From the NCBI GenBank assembly GCA_049643885.1, contig JBARQV010000025.1, positions 7,382 to 71,381 of the forward strand: a DNA stretch of 64,000 bases. Reading direction: 5' to 3'. Under the pieces are notes generated by a model. The model was given only the letters and a program-made list of their open reading frames with translations, did no database searches and was not told the DNA's origin. The position numbers and the translations under genes are program-made. Shown here in pieces: positions 39,591-47,601 of the stretch. How positions within the stretch are numbered: the first letter of the stretch is position 1; every line of letters starts with the position of its first letter. This DNA comes from Candidatus Omnitrophota bacterium. Lineage in GTDB: Bacteria > Omnitrophota > Gorgyraeia > Tantalellales > Tantalellaceae.

Positions 39591-40064
39591 TTACTGGTTC
39601 TTCTTCTGTTCTTCTTCTTTAACGATCTTGAGTATTTCTTTCGCGTCTTTCGCCGTGCGCAACCTGTCCCGGACGAACTTGTCGTCCAGAAGACGTGAAA
39701 TCTTAGCCAGCGCCTTCAGGTGCGGCCCAGGGGTCTCACCCGGCGCAAGCAGCAGAAAAAGAATATAAGTAGGTTCCCCGTCCAGCGACTTGAAGTCTAT
39801 TCCTTTTTTCGATATAGCCATGGCTGCGGTCATTTTCTTGACGCTGGCGCACTTGGCATGAGGAATGCCTATGCCCTTGCCTATACCGGTAGACCCTAGA
39901 AGCTCCCTGTCTTTCAGCTTGCCCAGGATAACACCTTTGTCGGTTTTCTTGATACCGCCGGCAGCCGCTAAAAGATCCACCAGATCTGAAAGGGCCTCGT
40001 CCTTATCGTTGGATTGCAGGTTAACACTTAACGCTCCCGCATTAAGCAACTCTGATACTTTCAT
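39591..40064 (-). CDS. ptsN: PTS IIA(Ntr)-type regulatory protein
   Basis: PTS EIIA type-2 fold with the conserved His (GIGIPHAK). Confidence 0.75.
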   Translation of the reverse strand: MKVSELLNAGALSVNLQSNDKDEALSDLVDLLAAAGGIKKTDKGVILGKLKDRELLGSTGIGKGIGIPHAKCASVKKMTAAMAISKKGIDFKSLDGEPTYILFLLLAPGETPGPHLKALAKISRLLDDKFVRDRLRTAKDAKEILKIVKEEEQKKNQ

Positions 40065-40180
40065 TCTCTTTTCTCCTTGTACTTTTTTACCAAGCGGTTG
40101 TTTCTTGGAATATTTACAAAGTAATTAAACCTATTCATCGGGAAACGCGGCCATAAGACACCCGTCCAACGTATAAATGA

Positions 40181-40256
40181 TGGAGCGGGTGATCGGGCTC
40201 GAACCGACGACAATCACGTTGGCAACGTGATGCTCTACCAACTGAGCTACACCCGC
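40181..40256 (-). tRNA. tRNA-Gly (GCC)
   Basis: GCGGGTG-TA-GCTC-AGTTGGTA-GAGC-A-TCACG-TTGCCAA-CGTGA-TTGTC-GTCGG-TTCGAGC-CCGAT-CACCCGC-T-CCA. The cloverleaf and anticodon loop are clear, and CCA is encoded. Confidence 0.9.
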
Positions 40257-40306
40257 TCTTTACGCTACGGTTGCCTCAGCAACCCTTTACTCTGTATAGG
40301 TTTAAA

Positions 40307-40382
40307 TGGTACCCGCACTAGGGCTCGAACCTAGGACCCACTGATTAAGAGTCAGTTGCTCTACCAGCTGAGCTATGCGGGC
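40307..40382 (-). tRNA. tRNA-Lys (CTT)
   Basis: GCCCGCA-TA-GCTC-AGCTGGTA-GAGC-A-ACTGA-CTCTTAA-TCAGT-GGGTC-CTAGG-TTCGAGC-CCTAG-TGCGGGT-A-CCA. Confidence 0.88.
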
Positions 40383-40482
40383 ACGGTCGTTACTTATCAG
40401 CCGCATAGCGTCTTGTCCGCCGTAGCCAAATAATATCAAATGGTCCGGCGAAGGCGGAAGCTATGCGGGCGCATAGGTGCGT

Positions 40483-40512
40483 ATTATAGCATATAAATAA
40501 AAATGATTTCAA
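40483..40512 (-). promoter_or_regulatory. Putative sigma70-type promoter for the tRNA-Lys/Gly pair
   Basis: Minus strand: TTGAAA, an 18-nt spacer, TATAAT, about 95 nt upstream of tRNA-Lys in an AT-rich tract. Confidence 0.35.
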
Positions 40513-40530
40513 TAATTTATATTATAATGA

Positions 40531-41475
40531 CTAAAAGCTGTGGGTTTTAACGAAGTCTATAACCTCATCAAGTTTCGCTTCCGCCATGGAGATGCAGGTA
40601 TCGGCGCACCCGTAATAGACCCTTACCATATCTCCGCGCACTATCGCCGAGCTTGGAAAAACCACGTTCGGCACGTCCCCTACCCGTTCATACCCTTCAG
40701 TGGGGGCAAGCAGATAGTCTTTTGTCCGGTAAAGCACCTTCCAGGGTTTTTCCAGGTCCAGAAGGGCGCCGCCCATATAATAGATATAACCGTTACAGCT
40801 AGTCCAGACACCATGATAAATAAGGAGCCACCCTTCTTCTGTCTCTATAGGCACAGGGCCGGGCCCTGTCTTGGTGGATTGCCAGCTGCTCTTCTCGGTC
40901 CCGAAAACAAAACGGTGGCATCCCCAGTGAATGAAATCCGGACTGGTGGAGTAAAAAATGTCGCCGAACGGTGTATGCCCCCTGTCGCTGGGGCGGCTTA
41001 GCATCGCGTACTTACCGCCTATCTTCCTCGGGAAAATAACACAGTTGCGGTTAGCCGGCAAGGTGAGATTTTCCATCTGGCTGAACTGCTTGAAATCCTT
41101 AGTCGTGGCCATCCCGATTAAAGGCCCCTGCAGCGAGTCAAGGCACCAGGTAAAGTAATAAGTATCTTCGATCTTCGTCAACCTGGGATCGTAAGTCCTG
41201 TCCTTTATTGCAAGATACGGATCCCTGCTGTCCAGTTTCACAATATCGGGGTCAATCTCCCATTTTATGCCGTCTTTGCTTCTCCCTACATGCATGGTAA
41301 AGTTAAAGTCTATCTCATCTACCCGGAAAATGCCGGCATATCCGTCTTCGAATTCCACAATAGCACTGTTGTGTATGCTATTCGCGCGCGGGACCGCTTT
41401 CGCGGTGATTATTGGGTTCCCCTTATATCTTTTAAATACGGTTTCGTTCGCCATATCCCTCTCCTCCTTACCCAC
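40531..41475 (-). CDS. GH130-family glycoside phosphorylase/glycosidase (beta-mannoside phosphorylase-like)
   Basis: NPII...NSAIV..., WLLIYHGV and the five-bladed propeller signature residues of GH130 (DUF377). Confidence 0.7.
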   Translation of the reverse strand: MGKEERDMANETVFKRYKGNPIITAKAVPRANSIHNSAIVEFEDGYAGIFRVDEIDFNFTMHVGRSKDGIKWEIDPDIVKLDSRDPYLAIKDRTYDPRLTKIEDTYYFTWCLDSLQGPLIGMATTKDFKQFSQMENLTLPANRNCVIFPRKIGGKYAMLSRPSDRGHTPFGDIFYSTSPDFIHWGCHRFVFGTEKSSWQSTKTGPGPVPIETEEGWLLIYHGVWTSCNGYIYYMGGALLDLEKPWKVLYRTKDYLLAPTEGYERVGDVPNVVFPSSAIVRGDMVRVYYGCADTCISMAEAKLDEVIDFVKTHSF

Positions 41476-41554
41476 CTACAAGGGTTATATATTTGTTAGG
41501 AATTAATATATAACATGAAAAGCGTAAATTGGCAACTATATTATAGGGTCAGGA

Positions 41555-42568
41555 CTACCACTCTCTCTGGAAAGCCAGATGCAGTATCTTCCGGATAAGC
41601 TTTTTGTAGGAAATCCCCGCCTTCCCCGCCGATTCAGCAAGTGCTTCTTTTGGCGCCAGAACGGGGTTGGCGTTAGCTTCAATAATAAAGACCTCTCCTT
41701 CGGGAGTCAGGCGGATATCGAACCTGCCGTAACCGTCTATCATCAGCGCCCGGTGCGCCCTCTTGCAGATACTGAAGATCTTCTCCGGGATGCCGTTTGG
41801 AAGCCGCCCGGAGAACTCATCCTTTATCCCCCACCTTTTTCTGTATTCCTTGTCCCACTTAGCTTTGTAAGTGGCCAGTTTGGGCTCGTCATCGGGGACC
41901 TGGGTGAACTTCATCTCCCGGATGGGTAGGATCCGCAATCTGGTATGCCCCAGAATGCTGACATACAATTCCCTTCCTTCGACGTATTCCTCGGCAATGG
42001 CGTCCATATTAAACCGCTCGTGTATGAATTCAACTCTTTCGCTCATGTCCTTTTCATTTTCCACGAACGAAGCCTGGGCTATGCCGGTAGAAGCCTCCTC
42101 CTGGAGAGGCTTTACCAGAAGCGGAAAGTTAAGTTTCTTCGGATGCCAGATACGCTTGCCCTTGTGAAAATTGTGGAATCCGGGAACCTTTATCCTGTGA
42201 TAGGTCAATATCTTTTTGGTAAGGGCCTTATTATTGCAGATCATGAGGCCGGCTGGACCGCAGCCGGTATAAGGTATTTCCAATAGCTCCAGGACAGAAG
42301 GGATATTTTTATCGAGAGACGCCTTTCCCAGGAAGATCTCGGTAAGATTGAAGACCACATCTGGCCTGTTTTCCTTGACCTCATGCAAAAGAAGACTTAT
42401 ATCGTCGTAAATGCCCAGTGTCCTGACTTCGTGTCCTGAACCCTCCAGGGCCTCGACAACCGAGGCTTCAGTAAGCCAGTCTTCATGCGCAAATTTTTTA
42501 CTGAAATCCTGATCTTTCGGAGGAGTCCCGTCGCTGTCAAACAGCACAAGGACCTTCAACTTGCTCAT
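41555..42568 (-). CDS. D-Ala-D-Ala ligase-like ATP-grasp enzyme
   Basis: LLVKPLQEEASTGI, EEYVEGRELYVSILG and DIRLTPEGEVFIIEANANP, an ATP-grasp of the Ddl subfamily. Its ATG overlaps the stop of the upstream HExxH gene. Confidence 0.75.
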   Translation of the reverse strand: MSKLKVLVLFDSDGTPPKDQDFSKKFAHEDWLTEASVVEALEGSGHEVRTLGIYDDISLLLHEVKENRPDVVFNLTEIFLGKASLDKNIPSVLELLEIPYTGCGPAGLMICNNKALTKKILTYHRIKVPGFHNFHKGKRIWHPKKLNFPLLVKPLQEEASTGIAQASFVENEKDMSERVEFIHERFNMDAIAEEYVEGRELYVSILGHTRLRILPIREMKFTQVPDDEPKLATYKAKWDKEYRKRWGIKDEFSGRLPNGIPEKIFSICKRAHRALMIDGYGRFDIRLTPEGEVFIIEANANPVLAPKEALAESAGKAGISYKKLIRKILHLAFQREW

Positions 42569-43587
42569 CTTTCCCTCCTGTACCTCCCGGCATAATGATA
42601 GTTCATTGTCTGGGCCGTGACATATACCGAGACCTTCAGGACCGTATCCATCTCGTCCGGTCCCGCTTTAAGTCCAAGTTCTTTACACCTTTCAACGAGA
42701 TCTTTCAATAATTCGTTTATTATGTATTTTTTCTCTCCCGACCACAAAGCCACGTAATTCAGTATCTCCTTCCTGTGTTTCCGGATCAGTACATACGCTT
42801 TCATGCCGGTCTTTTCATCCCCGGGAATAAAGATCTTGTTGAGATTGATGTCGTGAAAATCGGAATAATAATCAGCGTAAAGACGTTTCTTTTTTTTATA
42901 GTGAGTCTTCAGCGTAGCTCTCAGCCGGGAGATGGCCCAGTATTTTTCGCCCTTTGCTTTTTTAGGCGGCCGGCCGGCTATCTCCTTCATGAGTTTGTCG
43001 ACATACTCGAGTTTCCTCAACGCCTTCCAGCCTTTATATTTTTCCTTCCAATCGGACTGGGGATCAACCCAGACGGCGAAAGTCTCAGCGAAATCCTCAT
43101 CGGGATGATACTGGGCATACCACCTTTCCAGATGTATGACGTAATTTTTGCTATAGGGCCTGTATTTATATCTTTCCGGATAATCCTTTGAAAAAGGCCC
43201 GAAGATATTCTGCCACCGTTTCCTCTTGTACAGCATGTACGCGTAATTTAAAGCGTGGCCCATCTCGTGCCTTAAAAGCTTCATGCAATCGGCCTTTGTC
43301 CCGCCTTCTACCTCAAGGTCCATTTTGTATTCCAGCTTTCTAAGGCGCGGATGCGCCAGGAAAAAGGGTATGCCTATGACAGGTTCACCGTCGGGGCAAA
43401 GCCATTCATCGGCAAGATAACAGGGCGGGTGGAGATCGATGCCCCTTTCGGAAAGTTCCGCGTAAAGCTGGGAGACGCCTTCTTCCAGGGGCGTCCCTTC
43501 TATCTTGAGCTCCAAATCACGAAACCGCAGGGAAAGCAGCTCTTCGTCGCTTAGTTTATCAAGCTCTGATTGTGTGATCTTCTTCAT
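42565..43587 (-). CDS. HExxH zinc-metallopeptidase-like protein (family unassigned)
   Basis: LLRHEMGHALNY, with a third-ligand candidate in DEDFAETFAVW 45 residues downstream (gluzincin-like). It is translationally coupled (ATGA) to the Ddl-like ATP-grasp gene. Confidence 0.5.
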   Translation of the reverse strand: MKKITQSELDKLSDEELLSLRFRDLELKIEGTPLEEGVSQLYAELSERGIDLHPPCYLADEWLCPDGEPVIGIPFFLAHPRLRKLEYKMDLEVEGGTKADCMKLLRHEMGHALNYAYMLYKRKRWQNIFGPFSKDYPERYKYRPYSKNYVIHLERWYAQYHPDEDFAETFAVWVDPQSDWKEKYKGWKALRKLEYVDKLMKEIAGRPPKKAKGEKYWAISRLRATLKTHYKKKKRLYADYYSDFHDINLNKIFIPGDEKTGMKAYVLIRKHRKEILNYVALWSGEKKYIINELLKDLVERCKELGLKAGPDEMDTVLKVSVYVTAQTMNYHYAGRYRRER

Positions 43588-44803
43588 ATCCCCACTTCAC
43601 GTTAAGGGCTACCGACATCAGCGCGAGATAGTCGCACAGATGCCTCGTTATCAGAAAATTCCTCCTGGTATAATCCTTCGCGTTCTCTCCCATTTTTTTA
43701 GCAACAGCGGGATTGTTCAAAAGGTATCTTATCCGATACGCACAGCCCTCGACAGAATTGATGACGTATCCCGTCCTTCCGTAAATGATCTGCATGGTAA
43801 TGCCCCCGACCGCTCCGCCTATGACCGGTTTTCCTTTCCACATGGCCTCAGCCACGGTCAGGCCAAAACCTTCTTTCAAGGATTTCTGGAGCACTATCGT
43901 GGCCGCTCTTTGAAGAGCATTTATCTCTATATGCGCATCAGGCGGAAGGTCTAAAACATATATATCCTTGTCCTTTGAAGCTTTTTCCTTCACCGCGTTA
44001 AGAACTTGCGCTCCTTCGGGATCATCCGCCGCCCCGCCTCCCGCCAGCACCAGGCAGCAATCGTTATATTTCTTAACGAGACCGTACGCGGCTATAACAC
44101 CGAGAGGGTCCTTGAACTTATCAAATCGGGAAACCTGGAGGATCATGGGTTTATCCGAAGGTATCCTGTAACGCTCCAGGACTTGCTTTATCTCTTCTCC
44201 GCTCAACTCCCTGTTCTTGTCGCTAAGGGGATCTATCGACGGATAGATCAGGAACTGGGGGATCTCAAGTTTCTGGGCAAAACTCGGCAGGGAAAATATT
44301 GCAGCGTCGTAATGGTTAACGTACTGTTTGATGAACTGCCAGATCTTTCTCTGCGGACGTGAAACATCTATATGGCATCTCCATACCCATTTCGCGCCTT
44401 CGGGTTTTTTCTCGATGAATCCAGCCGGCTGTGGGTCATGGATGATCGCGAAATCCGATCCCAGCGGGATCCGTCCGCAATTTTCGCTGTTAACCCTCCT
44501 GTATTCTTCATACATCTCGTGAGTTATTTCTTCCTCGTCACCCTGCAGGGCATTATGAAAGGATTTTGTCGTCTTGTAAAAAAGCGGGCTGCCCGTGAGC
44601 ACTTCCCAGCGGGTTTTAATTCCCATTTCCTCAAAAAGTGGAACCAGGCGATGCAGCATCTCTGCCACTCCTCCGCCATAACGCGTCGAATTGACGTGTA
44701 GAAAAGACTTCCCTTTCAGGCTTTCGGAAAGTTTCTGTACCAGGTCCACTATCCCCGCGGGAGCCACTTCACGGTATGATTCAAGTGTTATTTTCCCTTT
44801 CAT
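43559..44803 (-). CDS. treT: TreT-like retaining glycosyltransferase (GT4; trehalose glycosyltransferring synthase family)
   Basis: FLHVNSTRYGGGVAEMLHRLVP, HDPQPA, WRCHID, VSRFD.FKD, DDPEG and EGFGLTVAEAMWKGKPVIG track the TreT signature blocks. Start set to MKGKITL (44803). Confidence 0.65.
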   Translation of the reverse strand: MKGKITLESYREVAPAGIVDLVQKLSESLKGKSFLHVNSTRYGGGVAEMLHRLVPLFEEMGIKTRWEVLTGSPLFYKTTKSFHNALQGDEEEITHEMYEEYRRVNSENCGRIPLGSDFAIIHDPQPAGFIEKKPEGAKWVWRCHIDVSRPQRKIWQFIKQYVNHYDAAIFSLPSFAQKLEIPQFLIYPSIDPLSDKNRELSGEEIKQVLERYRIPSDKPMILQVSRFDKFKDPLGVIAAYGLVKKYNDCCLVLAGGGAADDPEGAQVLNAVKEKASKDKDIYVLDLPPDAHIEINALQRAATIVLQKSLKEGFGLTVAEAMWKGKPVIGGAVGGITMQIIYGRTGYVINSVEGCAYRIRYLLNNPAVAKKMGENAKDYTRRNFLITRHLCDYLALMSVALNVKWGYEEDHTIRA

Positions 44804-45444
44804 CTTCCCATTTCCTTTTCGCACAATTCAACGATCTTAGTCCTTAATGATTCCAAGCTGTACATGTAATAGTCTATCCCTTCGACTTTCCCGGCAAGTT
44901 CATCAAGCCCGAGCACGTCCTTTAGCCATATCGAAAAATCGTTTCTCCCCCTTCTGGTCCGGAGCCTCGCCTCGTAAGTATGATAATATATAGCGCTCGC
45001 GTCAACGGTCCTCAGGGCCTCAGTAAAACTTTCCAGGTCGTTGACAGTGATGCCCATCGGGACCTCAATGATCCTTGACTGCATGAAATAGAAAGGAGAG
45101 CCGTAAACGACCGAAGGGACTATTTTTATCTCGGAAAGATGCTTATCGATGATGTCTATAAGATCGTTCCTTATGTCGTCCAATGTCTTGTCTCGCGAGG
45201 GCATGACCGACGCGAGTTTCTCGCCCAGCACGCGGTCCCTTACCTGTATAGCTGCCCAGTTGGCGAAATCGTTCGGGTATTGTCCGGCAAGATAATAATG
45301 CCTTAAAAAATAACTGTGAGTGTGAAAATATACAGAATCCAAGGGGACGTCCTCGATAAGCTCCATAAGCGCAAGTTCATCGTCCGCTTTCTTGCCGAGG
45401 AGTTCCTTTAATTCCATGCATCCTATGAATTCGAATTCTTTCAT
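44800..45444 (-). CDS. Conserved hypothetical protein co-transcribed with treT-like gene
   Basis: 214 aa, soluble, no recognised catalytic motif. Its stop overlaps the treT-like start. Confidence 0.45.
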   Translation of the reverse strand: MKEFEFIGCMELKELLGKKADDELALMELIEDVPLDSVYFHTHSYFLRHYYLAGQYPNDFANWAAIQVRDRVLGEKLASVMPSRDKTLDDIRNDLIDIIDKHLSEIKIVPSVVYGSPFYFMQSRIIEVPMGITVNDLESFTEALRTVDASAIYYHTYEARLRTRRGRNDFSIWLKDVLGLDELAGKVEGIDYYMYSLESLRTKIVELCEKEMGR

Positions 45445-45559
45445 CTTTCACTCCGTGAAAAATTGACTTTACTTTATCAACCTCGCCCGCACCCGACCTG
45501 CGGCCGCGACGAGCCCCTCGCGTCGTCAAGGGCTTAAGGACTGGCGCGCCCGGCAGCGC

Positions 45560-45575
45560 TGATCCGGCTACGATC
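45560..45575. repeat. 16-nt duplicate of the tRNA-Arg(TCG) 3' end
   Basis: tggcgcgcccggcag is identical to 45720-45734, the tRNA 3' acceptor/T-arm end, and lies 144 bp downstream of the tRNA gene. It looks like an attL/attR-type direct repeat. Confidence 0.6.
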
Positions 45576-45719
45576 CTCCTACTCGTCGGATTGCTTAACG
45601 CCGGCCCAGCATCAAACTTTCTGTCCATAAAGTTTGTGACTCTTTGCCTAAATTTTCTCATTTATGGCAAGAGCTCTTCCTCCGGCCATTTAAAGCTTGT
45701 TCTTCCAACAAGCTTTAAA

Positions 45720-45796
45720 TGGCGCGCCCGGCAGGACTCGAACCTGCGACCTACTGGTTCGAAGCCAGCTACTCTATCCAACTGAGCTACGGGCGC
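45720..45796 (-). tRNA. tRNA-Arg (TCG)
   Basis: GCGCCCG-TA-GCTC-AGTTGGATA-GAGT-A-GCTGG-CTTCGAA-CCAGT-AGGTC-GCAGG-TTCGAGT-CCTGC-CGGGCGC-G-CCA. Confidence 0.88.
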
Positions 45797-47474
45797 GCAA
45801 AACACATCCTACCGCTTCGAATATCATCCAAACTTCCAGAAGTAATATCATACCACCGATTATCGCAAGATTCCATTGTCCAGAACCGAAGAACCCTAAG
45901 ACATTGACCGTCAGTGCCCAGCTCGAAGTGATCATCATAAAAACCATAGGCACGGCCGTGGGCCACGCGTTCGATCCTTTTTTTATAAGGTAGATCGACG
46001 CCACAAGAAGCACAAGACCTGCAAGAAGCTGGTTGCTTGTCCCGAACAGCGGCCAGAGCATGAGGGCACCTCCCCCCCCGCCCTGCGCGAACGCCAGGGC
46101 TGCCGCCGCCCCTACCGCCAGCAGGGTCGCGGGATACCTTTTCTGTAATATCTTGATCTTGGAACTCACTGCCAGTTCGGTGATGACGTAACGCTGAACG
46201 CGGGTGGCCGTATCCAGTGTTGTCCCCGCGAAAGAAGCCACCAATACGCCCACGATGGCATGCCCGTACTTCAAGGGTATGCCGAGGCTTCCCAGCATAT
46301 TAGCGCTGCCCTCCACAAAAGCCGAAACCTTCGCGGTAAGTCCCTGGGCTGCAGCCCAGCTGGAATAGTGCAGGTTCCAGGCGGCAAATCCGGTCAGAAC
46401 CTCGCCTCCCTCGCCTTTTGTGTACATCCCGATACCTGCCGCTACCGCGATGATGACCAGAACAGCCAGAAGACCTTCGGTAAGCATTCCCCCGTAAGCT
46501 ATAAAATGGATGTCTTCCTCGTTTTTAAGCTGTTTGGAGCTGGTCCCTGAGCTTACCAGGGAGTGGAAACCCGAGATAGCGCCGCACGCAATGGTAATAA
46601 ATAAAAACGGTAAAATGGGCGGCGCTCCTTCCGGAGCCAGTTGGATGGCCGGAGCTACTACCACCGGACGGGCAACAAGGATCCCAAGCACAAGAAGCGA
46701 GATACCTATGATAAGCTGGTGTGAATTTATATAATCACGCGGCTGCAGAAGGCTCCATACCGGAAGGACGGAAGCAAAAAAAGCGTATATGAAAAGCAGG
46801 ATTATCCATATGGCCAAGGGTGAAAATATCCCTACTGCGGGCATGGTAAAAGGCATATGTACACCAATGGCGATCGATATATACATCAGTATAACGGCTA
46901 TGATCGACATCATGGTTATATTGATCTTTTTTTTGTAAGCAAGCCAGCCGACGGTCATGGCAATAGGGATCTGGACCCATACCGGAAAGACCGACTGGGG
47001 ATACATGCGAAAGATCAGGGCGATGACCATCCCGAAGATCGCGACGACGATCCACAAGGAAAAGAGGATCACGAAAAGAAAAAGCATCTTTACCCGGGAG
47101 TTGATTATCCTGCTGGATAACTCACCGATAGATACCCCCTTGTTCCTGGTGGACATTATAAGGGCGGCGTAATCGTGCACTGCCCCGGCGAAGATGGACC
47201 CCAGGATTATCCATATAAGAGCGGGAACCCACCCCCATATAATAGCTATGGCCGGCCCGACTATCGGACCGGTCCCGGCGATCGAAGCGAAATGATGTCC
47301 GAAAAGGACTTCCTTATTGGTCGGGATATAGTCGATATCGTCCCTCAGCTCTTCGCTCGGCACGGGAGTAGCGGGATCAGCACGGAATATTTTCCTCGCT
47401 ATAAAGTTCCCGTAAAAGTGATACGCGAGGCCAAGAGCCGCGAAAGCGATTAGTACCAACCATACTGAACTCAA
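45774..47474 (-). CDS. cstA: Carbon starvation protein CstA (peptide/pyruvate transporter family)
   Basis: HHFASIAGTGPIVGPAIA, about 16 TM segments and FLFITIACGAISGFH. It is called with a TTG start. The annotated stop lies inside the tRNA-Arg gene (last 22 nt), so the real 3' end is uncertain. Confidence 0.75.
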   Translation of the reverse strand: MSSVWLVLIAFAALGLAYHFYGNFIARKIFRADPATPVPSEELRDDIDYIPTNKEVLFGHHFASIAGTGPIVGPAIAIIWGWVPALIWIILGSIFAGAVHDYAALIMSTRNKGVSIGELSSRIINSRVKMLFLFVILFSLWIVVAIFGMVIALIFRMYPQSVFPVWVQIPIAMTVGWLAYKKKINITMMSIIAVILMYISIAIGVHMPFTMPAVGIFSPLAIWIILLFIYAFFASVLPVWSLLQPRDYINSHQLIIGISLLVLGILVARPVVVAPAIQLAPEGAPPILPFLFITIACGAISGFHSLVSSGTSSKQLKNEEDIHFIAYGGMLTEGLLAVLVIIAVAAGIGMYTKGEGGEVLTGFAAWNLHYSSWAAAQGLTAKVSAFVEGSANMLGSLGIPLKYGHAIVGVLVASFAGTTLDTATRVQRYVITELAVSSKIKILQKRYPATLLAVGAAAALAFAQGGGGGALMLWPLFGTSNQLLAGLVLLVASIYLIKKGSNAWPTAVPMVFMMITSSWALTVNVLGFFGSGQWNLAIIGGMILLLEVWMIFEAVGCVLRARSSVG

Positions 47475-47500
47475 GATAACTCCCTTTAAGTCGGTATTTG

Positions 47501-47600
47501 TATGTCATCCCGGACCCGCCGAAGGCGGGATCCGGGACCAAATAATATTGTTATATGATCCCGGGTCTCGGCCTGAGGCCTCGCCCGGGATGACATATTG
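47501..47600. repeat. Family A REP/MITE-like element (copy A2, complete with terminal inverted repeats)
   Basis: tatgtcatcccggaCCCGCCGAAGGCGGGatccgggaccaaataatattgttatatgatcccgggtctcggcctgaggcctcgcccgggatgacatattg. The ends caatatgtcatcccgg / ccgggatgacatattg are perfect TIRs. Confidence 0.75.
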
Positions 47601-47601
47601 T

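Noticed and set aside
40395-40470. Eighth tRNA or tRNA pseudogene upstream of tRNA-Lys
   Set aside because: The region carries a 12-nt copy of the tRNA-Lys 5' end but folds as one long hairpin. It has no D/T-arm or anticodon-loop features.
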